The position numbers were made by a program, and so were the translations under genes. Positions 20,073 to 29,825 of a stretch of DNA of 64,000 nt are shown in pieces; the first letter of the stretch is position 1, and every line of letters starts with the position of its first letter. The notes below the pieces were generated by a model. That model saw only the letters and a list, made by a program, of their open reading frames with translations. It had not been told where the DNA came from and did no database searches. The stretch lies in NCBI GenBank assembly GCA_965213815.1, contig OZ243917.1, forward strand, positions 3,609,150-3,673,149, in the 5' to 3' direction. The DNA comes from Alphaproteobacteria bacterium. GTDB lineage: Bacteria; Pseudomonadota; Alphaproteobacteria; SP197.

Positions 20073-21149
20073 CTAGATGCCGGCCTGGACTTCTTCCCAC
20101 ATGGTGATCAGGCGATCACGCTCGGGAATCGCCTTGAAGAAGATGCCCTTGCTCAACAGGGAGACTGGATCGCTAAGGCCGTTGGCTGCAAGAATCCCGT
20201 CGTTGACCAGCGGGTAGGTGTTGCGGTTGGCATGCCCGTAACCATAGAGCTCGACCAGTGCCTTGCCAGCCTCGGGGTCGAGCATTGCGTTCATGTAGGC
20301 ATAGGCCAGGTCCTCGTCGCCCGCACCGTCGGAGTTCAGAACCAGACCGCACATCCAGGGCAGGACCGGATCAACGATCCTGAGTTCCACTCCCTGCTCG
20401 GCCAGAGGCGGGATCGACTGTGTCCAGATGTAGGAAGCGGCAACTTCACCGGACGCCATGGCCTGCTCGTATTCCGAAATGGTCGACCACAGGAACCGGG
20501 CATTCGTCACAATCTGACGCCAGATATCGGGCAACCGGGCGATCTCATCCTCGGTTGGCTCGAAAGGGTCCGCAAAGCCACCGATCACCCCGCCTACGGC
20601 GACCGCCTCGTCGATTTGCGAACCGCACGAGACCCTGCCCTTGAACGCCGGATCAACGAGCAAAGAGAAGCCTTGATCCCCCGGATCGATGAGCGACGGA
20701 TTGTAGGCGACCGCCGTGTAGCCGAATTCCCACGGCATGAAATAGGCTTCGCCGTCCACGACAAGCCCCTCGAACTCCAGCAGGCTGGGAATGATCTCAT
20801 CCCAACGCTCGATGCGGGAGGTATCGATCGGCTTGATCACGCCTGCATCGCGCCAACGGCCTATCGAACCAACACAGGGATGCGAGAGGTCGGGTCGGAA
20901 GCCTGCCCGAATCTTCTGCAACGCTTCCTCTTCGTCAGCAAAGAACGTGAACTCCGGGCTGCCGCCGGTTGCGGCGGTGTATTCGGGATGGAATTCGGGG
21001 AGTTCATAACCACCCCACTCGTAGAGCACCAGATCGGAAGCGCGAACCTGGCTTGCGAACATCGGCACGGCTGCAAACGACAATCCTGACGCTGCGAGCG
21101 CCTTGTTCAAGGTGCGTCGGTCACATGCGGAATTGCGAACTGGAGACAT
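20073..21149 (-). CDS. PotD/PotF-like ABC substrate-binding protein with Tat-like signal
   Basis: DRRTLNKALAASGL, YEWGGY, MPWEFG; AGGAGG upstream of ATG 21149. Confidence 0.82.
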   Translation of the reverse strand: MSPVRNSACDRRTLNKALAASGLSFAAVPMFASQVRASDLVLYEWGGYELPEFHPEYTAATGGSPEFTFFADEEEALQKIRAGFRPDLSHPCVGSIGRWRDAGVIKPIDTSRIERWDEIIPSLLEFEGLVVDGEAYFMPWEFGYTAVAYNPSLIDPGDQGFSLLVDPAFKGRVSCGSQIDEAVAVGGVIGGFADPFEPTEDEIARLPDIWRQIVTNARFLWSTISEYEQAMASGEVAASYIWTQSIPPLAEQGVELRIVDPVLPWMCGLVLNSDGAGDEDLAYAYMNAMLDPEAGKALVELYGYGHANRNTYPLVNDGILAANGLSDPVSLLSKGIFFKAIPERDRLITMWEEVQAGI

Positions 21150-21369
21150 GGACACCTCCTCTGCTCCCCTGTCAGGGCAGTTTACCCGAGGGTTGATTTA
21201 CGCACCGATTCAGAAGGGGATCAAGCAGATCGGCGTATCCGGCGCTCTCGCTAATGAGCCTGGTACCGTTGCATTGTGATCCCCGTGGAAGCGAAGTTTG
21301 CACGCGTTCATCCACGGAGATGCAGCCGAAGCGCCGGGCCGAGGTGTTGCGTTGTGAAAGGCAATCGCA

Positions 21370-22320
21370 TCACACGGGCCGTTCGCCCGCGACCACTGCG
21401 CGCCGCATGAGTCTCGGGTAGCCGCGATAGTCGTTGTGGGCGTAGTGCACGCTGCAGCGGTTATCCCAGACAACGAGTGTTCCCGGCTGCCAGCGAATGC
21501 GGCAGGTGAACTCCGGAATGCTGCCATGGGCCGCGAGTGCATTCATCAGGGGACGGCTCTCGGACTCGGTCCGTCCCTCGAAGTTCGAGGAAAAACCGGA
21601 GTTGACGTAGAGCGCCTTGTTTCCCGTGACCGGATGGGTGCGTGCGACGGGATGGACGCTCACCAGATCCTCGTGTTCCGGCGGAACGCTGACAGGCGTC
21701 GCTGTGACGGCTGCGGAACCCCTGGACCGGGAGTGGTCGCCAAAACCCCTGGCCGTGGAGTGTTCCAGGCGAAGACCGTCCAGCGCCGCACGCACGTCGT
21801 CCGGCAGCGTGCTCCAGGCCAGATACTGGTTGGCGAAGCTGGTGTCACCGCCGACCGGCGGCGCAGCCACGCAGTAGAGCACAGTGTAGGCGGGTGGTTT
21901 CGCGAAGGTGCTTGAATCGGTATGCCAGGAGCCGCCGAAGTTGTTGATGTCGCCGGCTTCACTGACGAGTTCGGTGAGTTCGGGGTAGCCATCCATTGGC
22001 CGGGCGTAAGGCCATGGTTCGACGGTGCCGAAGCGGTGGGCGAAGGTGATCTGGTGGACCGGTTCGAGTGCCTGGTCGCGAAACGCCAGCACCAGGTGAT
22101 CGGCGATGGCCCGCTCGATCTCTCGAAAGGCCGCGTTCGACAGGTTCGCAAGACTGACGCCGACAATCTCCGCGCCCAGGGCGCCGGTGAGAGGGGTCAG
22201 CCGAAAGTGTTCGTAGTGTGCCGGATCGGCCTGTGGCGGATGCAGCACGGCATCCTGCATGTCGCAAGCCAGCGGATGGCGCAGGACAGGAAGGGGGCGC
22301 AGACGGGACATTTCAGACAT
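21370..22320 (-). CDS. TauD/TfdA family dioxygenase
   Basis: LGAEIVGV, WHTDSS, GGDTSFAN, HPVARTHP, WDNRCSVH. Confidence 0.92.
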   Translation of the reverse strand: MSEMSRLRPLPVLRHPLACDMQDAVLHPPQADPAHYEHFRLTPLTGALGAEIVGVSLANLSNAAFREIERAIADHLVLAFRDQALEPVHQITFAHRFGTVEPWPYARPMDGYPELTELVSEAGDINNFGGSWHTDSSTFAKPPAYTVLYCVAAPPVGGDTSFANQYLAWSTLPDDVRAALDGLRLEHSTARGFGDHSRSRGSAAVTATPVSVPPEHEDLVSVHPVARTHPVTGNKALYVNSGFSSNFEGRTESESRPLMNALAAHGSIPEFTCRIRWQPGTLVVWDNRCSVHYAHNDYRGYPRLMRRAVVAGERPV

Positions 22321-22574
22321 GGAACCCGGTTGATCGTTTACCTTCCATCACCGCGCCTTGCAGAAGAACTGGAACGCGTGCGTCGGGACCCGCACCGCTC
22401 GGCAAGCAGCAACAGGACAGGGAGAAGGCGGTGCAACAACTGAGCATCGTTGTCACATCCGGCTGAGGAGGTCTTTCGCCGGCACGAGAGACAAGGCCCT
22501 GCAACTCCACATGACAGCCAGGAGTCTCCGGACAATTCCTGAAGACCCGAGTATGGACGAGATTCCTGATGCCT

Positions 22575-22980
22575 GCCATCGGTCTTCACCGACTCATCCG
22601 CTCCGAATGTTCGAAGTCACTCGCCGCGGTCCTGATGAAAGCGGGCAGACAGGGACCGTGTGCTCCACAACATCCATGGTCCGTGCGAGGACTTCGGGGA
22701 ACGACGCCAGGTTCGCCTCTGTCGCACCTGGCGCGCGCCTTCGGGAACCTCGCTGACATCACGTCCTTGACCGCAGGCATCGGAGCCCAGGCCAATTCCT
22801 CCGGCTCCCTGTCGATCGAAGCGTTCAACGGTATCTGACGGAGGTTCGCGTTCACGCGGGAGATGTATCCGCGTGGTCCTTGAGCCGACCCTGCTGACGC
22901 ATCCTCGGCGGCTCGGGGATTCCATCATCTTGCTGAATCTGAGCCCCCAATACTCGCCATCGTGATCACGGTCTTGACGG
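22575..22980 (+). pseudogene. possible remnant of an alanine/glycine:cation symporter (AGCS)
   Basis: LARAFGNLADITSLTAGIGAQANS...AFNGI* and ILGG...LAESEPPILAIVITV loosely follow the AGCS QxNS and ILGG..AExxxP motifs; stops and frameshifts present. Confidence 0.3.
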
Positions 22981-23060
22981 GTTACGGACCGGCTACTTAG
23001 GTTGGCGATCATGGAAGGTCGGTGCCTTGTGAAGGCGTCACGTCCCGGAGAAGGAGCTCA

Positions 23061-23648
23061 ATGGCTGACCCGGTCTGCTGGCTTGACATTGTTGAACCGG
23101 AGGACGCCGATGGCCTTCTCGCCGAAACCTATGACCTGATCCGACGCACCGACGGATCGGTACACAATCTCTACAAGGCCATGTCCTTGCGCCCGGAACC
23201 GATCCGCTGGGCCGATGGCCATTACCGTGCCGTTCTGCACAACAGCGAAAACTCCCTGCCCGAGTGGTTTCTGGAGCTGGTCGCGACCATGGTGGCGCGG
23301 CTCGCCAGCTGCACCTACGCCCGGACTCATCATGGCGCCAATCTTCGCCATCTCGTCGGCGATGCTGTCAGGGCCGACGCCATGGTGGAGGCGGCGGCAC
23401 AAGGCAGGGAAACGGATGTCCTGGACGGCAAGCTCGCCGCACTGATCGCGTACGCCCGCAAGTTGACCAACGAACCAGACGGCATGACTCAGCAGGACGT
23501 CTCCAGGGCCCGCGATGCCGGTGCCGACGATGTCGAGATACTGGAAACCGCCCAGGTCGCTGCCTGCTTTGCCTACTGGGTCCGCATCATCAATAGCCTG
23601 GGCATTCGAATCGGCAACGAGACCATCGGTCGCAAGGGAGTGCCATGA
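23061..23648 (+). CDS. AhpD/CMD-like peroxidase-related protein 1
   Basis: VHNLYKAMSLRP, ELVATMVARLASCTYARTHH, YARKLT; AGGAG RBS. Confidence 0.82.
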   Translation: MADPVCWLDIVEPEDADGLLAETYDLIRRTDGSVHNLYKAMSLRPEPIRWADGHYRAVLHNSENSLPEWFLELVATMVARLASCTYARTHHGANLRHLVGDAVRADAMVEAAAQGRETDVLDGKLAALIAYARKLTNEPDGMTQQDVSRARDAGADDVEILETAQVAACFAYWVRIINSLGIRIGNETIGRKGVP

Positions 23649-23706
23649 CCGCTCACCACGCTGAACAGGCGCCCGGCATGCGTCGGCGCAGGCAAGGAGA
23701 CAATCC

Positions 23707-24309
23707 ATGACGGCATGGATCAACATGATCGAGGATACTGAAGCCTCGCCCGAACTGCAGGCCACGCTCGACCAGGCACGCGGCCCCTCCGGCCGGGTGG
23801 ACAACGTCATGCGTGTCCATTCGCTTCGCCCGCACACCATGACCGGTCACTGGACGCTCTACATGAGCGTCCTGCACAACGACGGGAACGAGCTTCCAAT
23901 GTGGTTTCAGGAAGTGATCGCCTCCTGGGTCAGCATTCTCAACCGTTGCGACTATTCCCTCACCAACCACTTCTCCAACGCACGCCATCTCATCGCGGAT
24001 GACGCGCGGGCCGACGCCATCCTGGCCGCACTCAAGGCCCGGCGTCCGGAGACGGCCTTCGAGACGGCCCACCTCGCCATGCTGCGCTATGCCGGGAAAC
24101 TCACCCTCGAACCCGGCACGATGGTCGAGGATGACCTTGTGGCCATGCGGGCCTGCGGCGTCGACGACGGCGCCATTCTCGAAGTCAACCAGATCTGCGG
24201 TTACTTCAACTACGTGAACCGCCTGCTGAACGGGCTTGGTGTGACCCTCGAGGGTGACGTGGTGGGGTACTACGTCTCCCCCGGGAGTACGACGACCGGA
24301 GCGACCTGA
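23707..24309 (+). CDS. AhpD/CMD-like peroxidase-related protein 2
   Basis: VDNVMRVHSLRP, EVIASWVSILNRCDYSLTNH, YFNYVNRLLNGLG; AAGGAG RBS. Confidence 0.85.
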   Translation: MTAWINMIEDTEASPELQATLDQARGPSGRVDNVMRVHSLRPHTMTGHWTLYMSVLHNDGNELPMWFQEVIASWVSILNRCDYSLTNHFSNARHLIADDARADAILAALKARRPETAFETAHLAMLRYAGKLTLEPGTMVEDDLVAMRACGVDDGAILEVNQICGYFNYVNRLLNGLGVTLEGDVVGYYVSPGSTTTGAT

Positions 24310-24310
24310 C

Positions 24311-25276
24311 ATGGGATACGCCACACACAGGGAGATCGACACCTCGGCCATACCGATCATCGATATCGGTCCGTTGCGCGATCGTTCCGCAGAGTTGGCT
24401 GTTGCCTGGGAGATCCACGAGGCAAGCCGGGATGTCGGATTTCTCTACATCAGCAATCACGGGATCGATCCCGAACTGATCGCCACGGCGCGCCGGATGG
24501 GATTGACATTCTTCCGGCAGGACGACGAGATCAAGCGGACCGTTTCCATCAGCAGGGACCATCGGGGCTACCTGAGACGCGGTGCGTCGAAAATGGATGA
24601 TGACGCCACCGCGGATCTCAAGGAGAGTTTCGTGTGGGGCCATGATTTTCCCCCGTCACAGCGGATGAGGCCCCTGGAAGGCGTCAACCAGTGGCCGGCG
24701 TCGATGCCGGGTCTGCGTCCGGTTCTGGAACGTTACATCGCTGCCGCCAGCGACGTTGCCCGCCATGTCCTGCGCGGTTGCGCCCTGGGGCTTGACCTGC
24801 CAGCCGACACCTTTGTTCGACAGACCTCAAGGCCGCTCAGCCGGGCTTCACTGACCTACTATCCGCCTCAACCGGAAGCGCTGGGCCCCGACGTCTTCGG
24901 TGTGTCGCCGCATACGGATTTCGGCGTTGTGACCGTGCTTCACCAGGACGAGGTCGGAGGTCTCCAGGTACAGGATTACAATGGCGACTGGGTCGCCGCA
25001 CCTCCCGTTCCGGGCACACTTGTCGTCAATGTGGGCGACTTGCTCGCACGGTGGAGCAACGACAAGCTGCGCTCGACACCGCACCGGGTGATCAACCGGT
25101 CGGGACGAGAGAGACTGTCGATCGTTCTGGCGTTCGACCCCGACTTCGACACCATCATCGATCCTTCGGTATCATGCACGGGCGGCGAGTCTCCAGGCCA
25201 CGACACCATCACCTGCGGCGACTATCTGACTTGGCGGCTCGCCAGGTCGTTTTCCTATGACGATGGACCGTCATGA
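24311..25276 (+). CDS. isopenicillin-N-synthase-family Fe(II)/2OG oxygenase
   Basis: IPIIDI, GFLYISNHG, PHTDFG, STPHRV, RLS. Confidence 0.9.
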   Translation: MGYATHREIDTSAIPIIDIGPLRDRSAELAVAWEIHEASRDVGFLYISNHGIDPELIATARRMGLTFFRQDDEIKRTVSISRDHRGYLRRGASKMDDDATADLKESFVWGHDFPPSQRMRPLEGVNQWPASMPGLRPVLERYIAAASDVARHVLRGCALGLDLPADTFVRQTSRPLSRASLTYYPPQPEALGPDVFGVSPHTDFGVVTVLHQDEVGGLQVQDYNGDWVAAPPVPGTLVVNVGDLLARWSNDKLRSTPHRVINRSGRERLSIVLAFDPDFDTIIDPSVSCTGGESPGHDTITCGDYLTWRLARSFSYDDGPS

Positions 25277-26352
25277 ACGATCTCCTCGACGTCGACCTGC
25301 GGGAAGGTGCGCGCAACCTGCTCGTTGACTGTGTCGGCATGCGCGATGGCGACGATGTGCTTGTCGTGGGAGAGGACCATCGTCGCGCGTTCTTCGATAC
25401 CCATGTCTGCCGGGTACTGGCCACGGCGGTCCATGGCATGGGAGGCCATCCGCACATCGTGATCGCGCCGGAAACGGACGGGCCCGAGGATATTCCCGAT
25501 GAGGTGGCTCACGCCATGAGCCAGGTGGACCACACGATCTTTGTGTCCCGACTCGGTGATCAGGTGCGGTTCCGGGAGATCGAGGGCTCCGGCACCAGAA
25601 CGATGTGCTACCTCCACGACATCGCGTACCTGCGCAACGCCTTTGCCCGCGTGCCCTACGGAGCCTTGAGCGAGGTCAACGAACTTCTGCAACGGGAGAT
25701 TGCCCGGAGCCGGCACTGCCGCATCACCTGTCCCGAGGGAACCGATCTGGCCGGCCCGGTCACGTGCGAAGCCGAAGTGCTGGAAGATTTCAGCGTCAGG
25801 CAGTTTCCCGTGATGATTGTGCCACCGATCGAGGCCCGCGGTCTGTCCGGGCGCCTGGTTCTCTCGAGATGGCTGTTGTCAACCTCCACCCATCTCTGGG
25901 AGGACAGCCTTCTGGCCTTGCCTGTTCCTCTCGTTGTCCGTCTGGAGGAGGGCAGGATCGTCGGCATCGACGGAGAGACGGAGGAAGTCAATCGTGTCCG
26001 GCGGCATTTCGAGAGCGTCGCCTCCCGCACAGGGGGCGAGCCCTTCAGGGTCCACTCCTGGCATGCCGGCATCAATCCGACGACCTTCTTCAACGGACGC
26101 GCCGAGGACGATATCGAGAAATGGGCCGACATGGTGTTCGGCAGTCCGCGCTACACGCATTTCCATGCCTGCGGGACCGCCCCCGGCGATGTCGCGATCT
26201 CTCTCTTCGATACGACGGTTTCCTTTGACGAAGAGAAATTCTGGACGTGCGGCAGGCTGGCATTCCTTGACCGCCCCGAGGTCCGTGACCTCCTCGGACG
26301 CTATCCCGGCGCCCGACGTGCCCTCGGGATGCGGTGCGATATCGGTATCTGA
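25273..26352 (+). CDS. M29/aminopeptidase-T-like fold protein (NicX-like), function unknown
   Basis: GARNLLVDC, ITCPEGTDL, HSWHAGINP, YTHFH; ATGA coupled to the oxygenase. Confidence 0.6.
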   Translation: MNDLLDVDLREGARNLLVDCVGMRDGDDVLVVGEDHRRAFFDTHVCRVLATAVHGMGGHPHIVIAPETDGPEDIPDEVAHAMSQVDHTIFVSRLGDQVRFREIEGSGTRTMCYLHDIAYLRNAFARVPYGALSEVNELLQREIARSRHCRITCPEGTDLAGPVTCEAEVLEDFSVRQFPVMIVPPIEARGLSGRLVLSRWLLSTSTHLWEDSLLALPVPLVVRLEEGRIVGIDGETEEVNRVRRHFESVASRTGGEPFRVHSWHAGINPTTFFNGRAEDDIEKWADMVFGSPRYTHFHACGTAPGDVAISLFDTTVSFDEEKFWTCGRLAFLDRPEVRDLLGRYPGARRALGMRCDIGI

Positions 26353-26407
26353 ACCCTCAAGGGGTCGTCCGGGAGTCCGCGCGAACCTTCAGATTCGGCC
26401 GGATCTC

Positions 26408-27004
26408 CTATCCCTCCCCCAGCTTTGCCGGCGGAGTCCAGTATCGAAACCGGGGCACCCAGTCGTCTTCGTCGATGCCGGCGAGTGCCAGCAGGTGCCA
26501 CAAGGGGCAGTAGAGGTCGCCGGGGCCGAAAATGACGCTGTTCCTGCGCAGCACCCTGTCTCCCGAACGCTCATAGAGGACCGCCCCTGGCATGTTGTGC
26601 TTGCCTTCGATCACGGATTGCTCGCGGATGTAGGATCCGCCGCCGTGAGAAGCGAGACGGAAACGCCAGTTCCTGGAGTTGGCGAAGTCGCGTTGGAGGC
26701 GGGGTGGATCCCGCGAGAGCAGCACCACGGACACGGCAGATTCCAGGTGCGCAAGAACACCGTTGAAACCATCTGCCCACAGGGTGCAGAACCGGCATTC
26801 CTGGCCCATGTTGTGGACGGCAAGCAGATGTTGCCTGTCTGCGAAGAGCTCGAGCAGCGTGACATCGCCACTCAGGGTCGCGAAGCGGTAGTCCGGCACG
26901 GGCTTTGGCGCTGTCGCCTTGCGCAATCTGTTGAGCCTCGCGGTGAGATCGAAGATCTCCCGTTCGAGTTCGGCAATTTCCCGCTGCGACATGATGGTCT
27001 CCAT
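26408..27004 (-). CDS. DUF899 thioredoxin-like protein
   Basis: N-terminal coiled coil, VPDYRF, LLELF, CRFCTLWADG. Confidence 0.8.
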   Translation of the reverse strand: METIMSQREIAELEREIFDLTARLNRLRKATAPKPVPDYRFATLSGDVTLLELFADRQHLLAVHNMGQECRFCTLWADGFNGVLAHLESAVSVVLLSRDPPRLQRDFANSRNWRFRLASHGGGSYIREQSVIEGKHNMPGAVLYERSGDRVLRRNSVIFGPGDLYCPLWHLLALAGIDEDDWVPRFRYWTPPAKLGEG

Positions 27005-27274
27005 TGAACGACAGGCGACGAATTCGCTCACTCGCCTTTACAGCCTCGTACTCCTTCGGCAAGCCGGTGTCTCCAGGTTGTCGCCTGGGCACACAGGGCC
27101 ACCACCAATCGTGTTGTCAGAACCGGAGAGCCCCTTCAAGAAGGGATTCCCCTGGTTCGCCGCGTGGCAAGATTTACCATGATCGCGCCGGGGACTACCA
27201 TGTCGTATCGTGCTCATTGAGGACTTTGGAGGGATCCTGATGCCCGTCCCGGAATTCCGGTCGGCCCTGTCGGC

Positions 27275-28375
27275 ATGACAGGGGCGTTTCCCCTCGTCGA
27301 GGCCTCCGGCCCACCCTTCGAGCGAGGCGTGGCAATCGGCCGTCAGTGCGGCGACAGAATCGCCCGGAGCATCGCGATCTATGCCCGCCTTCTCGAACGA
27401 CGTTCCCTTGCGTGGCCCGAAGTCCGCCTCCTTGCCGGCCGCTATCTGCCACGTCTCATTGCCTTCAATGCGCCGGTCGTCGAGGAGATTCGCGGCATCG
27501 CCGCGGGATCCGAGCGGCCAGTCGAGGATATCGTCGCTCTCAATGCGCGAACCGAACTGCTCTATGACAGGAACGGCGACACCGAGCCTCATGCCGATGG
27601 CTGCACGGGGGCCATAGCGTTGCCGGAGGCGACGGCTGATGGTCACCTTATCCATGGCCAGAACTGGGACTGGTTCGATGCCTGCAAGGATTCTGCGGTC
27701 GTCATGCGCCTTGAACAGGAGGACGGCCTGCGTCTTCTGATCTTCGTCGAGGCGGGAATCGTAGCCCGCGCCGGCATGAACAGCCACGGCATCGCCGTCA
27801 CCGGCAACTTTCTCGATTGCCCCGAACCTCCGGCTCAGGGCGCGGTGCCAATACCATTCATTCGCCGCCGGATCCTGGAATCAGCGGGTCTCGCGGAAGC
27901 TGTCGGTGGTGTTCTCAACGCCAGGCGTTCCTTCTCCGCCAACCTGATGATTTCCGACGCGGCGGGTGAAGCCATCGACCTCGAGACGACGCCGGCGGAA
28001 GTCTTCTGGGAGAAGCCGGACCGCGGAATCCTCGTTCACGCCAATCACTTTCGTACTGCCGCAGCGCGGGCACGGGTGGTCGATACCGGTCTCGCCAGCG
28101 CACCCAGCTCGATCTATCGCGACAGCCGGGTGGAAAGGCGTCTCAACCAGAGCATCGGTCACGTGACCTCGAAGGACATGGAGGATGCCTTCGCCGATAC
28201 CTACGGCACGCCGTCAGCCGTCCTCGCTTCTCCAGGGGCGGACAGCGTCGGCGACGCCGAACCATCATCGACCGTGGCTACGGTGATCATGGACACCACG
28301 GAACGCGTCATGCGTGTGGCCCGGGCACCCTACGCCGGCGACATTGCATTCAGCGAGTATCGCCTCGACGCCTGA
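27275..28375 (+). CDS. C45 family autoproteolytic acyltransferase/hydrolase
   Basis: LNARTE, G/CT autocleavage site, GQNWDW, GMNSHG, HANHF. Confidence 0.88.
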   Translation: MTGAFPLVEASGPPFERGVAIGRQCGDRIARSIAIYARLLERRSLAWPEVRLLAGRYLPRLIAFNAPVVEEIRGIAAGSERPVEDIVALNARTELLYDRNGDTEPHADGCTGAIALPEATADGHLIHGQNWDWFDACKDSAVVMRLEQEDGLRLLIFVEAGIVARAGMNSHGIAVTGNFLDCPEPPAQGAVPIPFIRRRILESAGLAEAVGGVLNARRSFSANLMISDAAGEAIDLETTPAEVFWEKPDRGILVHANHFRTAAARARVVDTGLASAPSSIYRDSRVERRLNQSIGHVTSKDMEDAFADTYGTPSAVLASPGADSVGDAEPSSTVATVIMDTTERVMRVARAPYAGDIAFSEYRLDA

Positions 28376-28380
28376 CGCCC

Positions 28381-28395
28381 GTCGGGTGACCCGAC
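28381..28395. terminator. short hairpin between convergent genes
   Basis: GTCGGG-TGA-CCCGAC just after the C45 stop; no clear U-tract. Confidence 0.3.
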
Positions 28396-28658
28396 AGGAA
28401 TCTATCGTGCGATCAGCATCGAGCTTGAAAGGCCACCCGCAGCACATCCGGAAGACGGCTTCCTGATGCATTGTCGTCACCCGTGTTGTCCTGATTGTGG
28501 TCCGCGCTCGAGGTTCCCTCTCGCCTCCATCAGACGAGTCGACAGGGCGTGGGATATCGCCGACTTTCGTGCATTGCAGAACCGTGGATCGGCACGGGCG
28601 CGTCCGACTGACATGACAATCCGACGGATGGACCGCCAGACGACAGGAAGGGTTCTTG

Positions 28659-29825
28659 TCAGCGATAGGGATCGGCGGCGTCGCGCAATCCGTCGCCGAG
28701 GAAATTGAAGGCGAGAACGACAATGATGACGGGAACGACAGGGAGCATGAGCCAGGGGTAGAGCGCCACGATGTTGATGTTCTGGGCCTCGTTCAGGAGA
28801 ACACCCCAGCTCGTGATCGGCGGCCTCAGGCCCAGCCCCAGGAAGGAGAGCGCGGTCTCGCCCAGGATCATGCCCGGAATGGACAGGGTTGCCGAGGCAA
28901 TGAGGTGGCTGGTGAAGCCGGGAAGCAGGTGACGGAAGATGACCCGTGACGGCTTCGCGCCCATGAGCACGGCGGCGGTAGCAAAATCCTCTTCGCGCAG
29001 GGCCAGAAGCTTCGAGCGCACAGCCCGCGCCAGACCGGTCCAGTCGAAGAGGCCGAGAATGATGGTGATGCCGAAGTAGACCAGGACCGGACTCCAGGTG
29101 ATCGGCAGGGACGCCGACAGCGCCATCCACAGGGGAAGTTCCGGAAAGCTGCGAATGATCTCGATCGTGCGCTGGACAAGACTGTCGACCCAGCCGCCGT
29201 AATATCCCGAGAGTCCCCCGAGGACGATCCCTAGGAGGAAGCTGATGACGATGCCGATGAGGCCCACCGTGAGCGATATCCGCGCGCCCATGAGGATTCT
29301 CGACAGGAGATCACGTCCCAGCCTGTCGGTCCCCAGGAGGAAGAGCGTGCCGTCCTCGGCCGGACAGACGACATGGAAGCGCATCTCGACCATGCCCCAG
29401 AACGTGTAGGAATCACCCAGACAGAAGAATCGCAGGCGCTCGACCTTTTCGGAATTCGGGGTGTAGACACGCTGCAGGTTGGTCATGTCGAGGTGGTAGT
29501 CGTAGCCGTAGACGAAGGGTCCGATGAACTGACCCTCGTGAAACAGCCGCACCATCTGCGGTGGCGCGTAGATGTGATCGGTGTCGCGCGTGTGGAGATT
29601 GTAGGGGGCGAGAATCTCCGATATGGCGATGGAAAAGAACGTGACCAGAAGGATGGTGCCGGAGATGACGGCCAGGCGGTGGCGGCGGAACTTCCACCAC
29701 ATCAGCGTCCACTGGTTGGCGAGATAGAAGCGCTCAAGTTCCGGCGTCAGCCTGTCGACATCATGGGGGTCCCAGGGCCCGGTATCGGTCCAGTGCTCCA
29801 TCTGGCCTGGTGGTGCGTCACGCAT
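28659..29825 (-). CDS. Opp/Dpp-type ABC permease (OppC-like)
   Basis: LGTDRLGRDLLSR, ETALSFLGLG, FNFLGDGLRDAADP; start re-set. Confidence 0.9.
   Translation of the reverse strand: MRDAPPGQMEHWTDTGPWDPHDVDRLTPELERFYLANQWTLMWWKFRRHRLAVISGTILLVTFFSIAISEILAPYNLHTRDTDHIYAPPQMVRLFHEGQFIGPFVYGYDYHLDMTNLQRVYTPNSEKVERLRFFCLGDSYTFWGMVEMRFHVVCPAEDGTLFLLGTDRLGRDLLSRILMGARISLTVGLIGIVISFLLGIVLGGLSGYYGGWVDSLVQRTIEIIRSFPELPLWMALSASLPITWSPVLVYFGITIILGLFDWTGLARAVRSKLLALREEDFATAAVLMGAKPSRVIFRHLLPGFTSHLIASATLSIPGMILGETALSFLGLGLRPPITSWGVLLNEAQNINIVALYPWLMLPVVPVIIVVLAFNFLGDGLRDAADPYR

Noticed and set aside
21160-21365. Possible riboswitch upstream of the SBP (CCGTGGA...TCCACGG hairpin)
   Set aside because: I recognised no aptamer consensus. 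An Infernal/Rfam scan would be needed.
13589-28375. Penicillin-like cluster (two IPNS-family oxygenases plus an acyl-CoA:6-APA acyltransferase-family gene)
   Set aside because: There is no ACV synthetase or other NRPS, the genes are not contiguous, and both families are broad and mostly catabolic.
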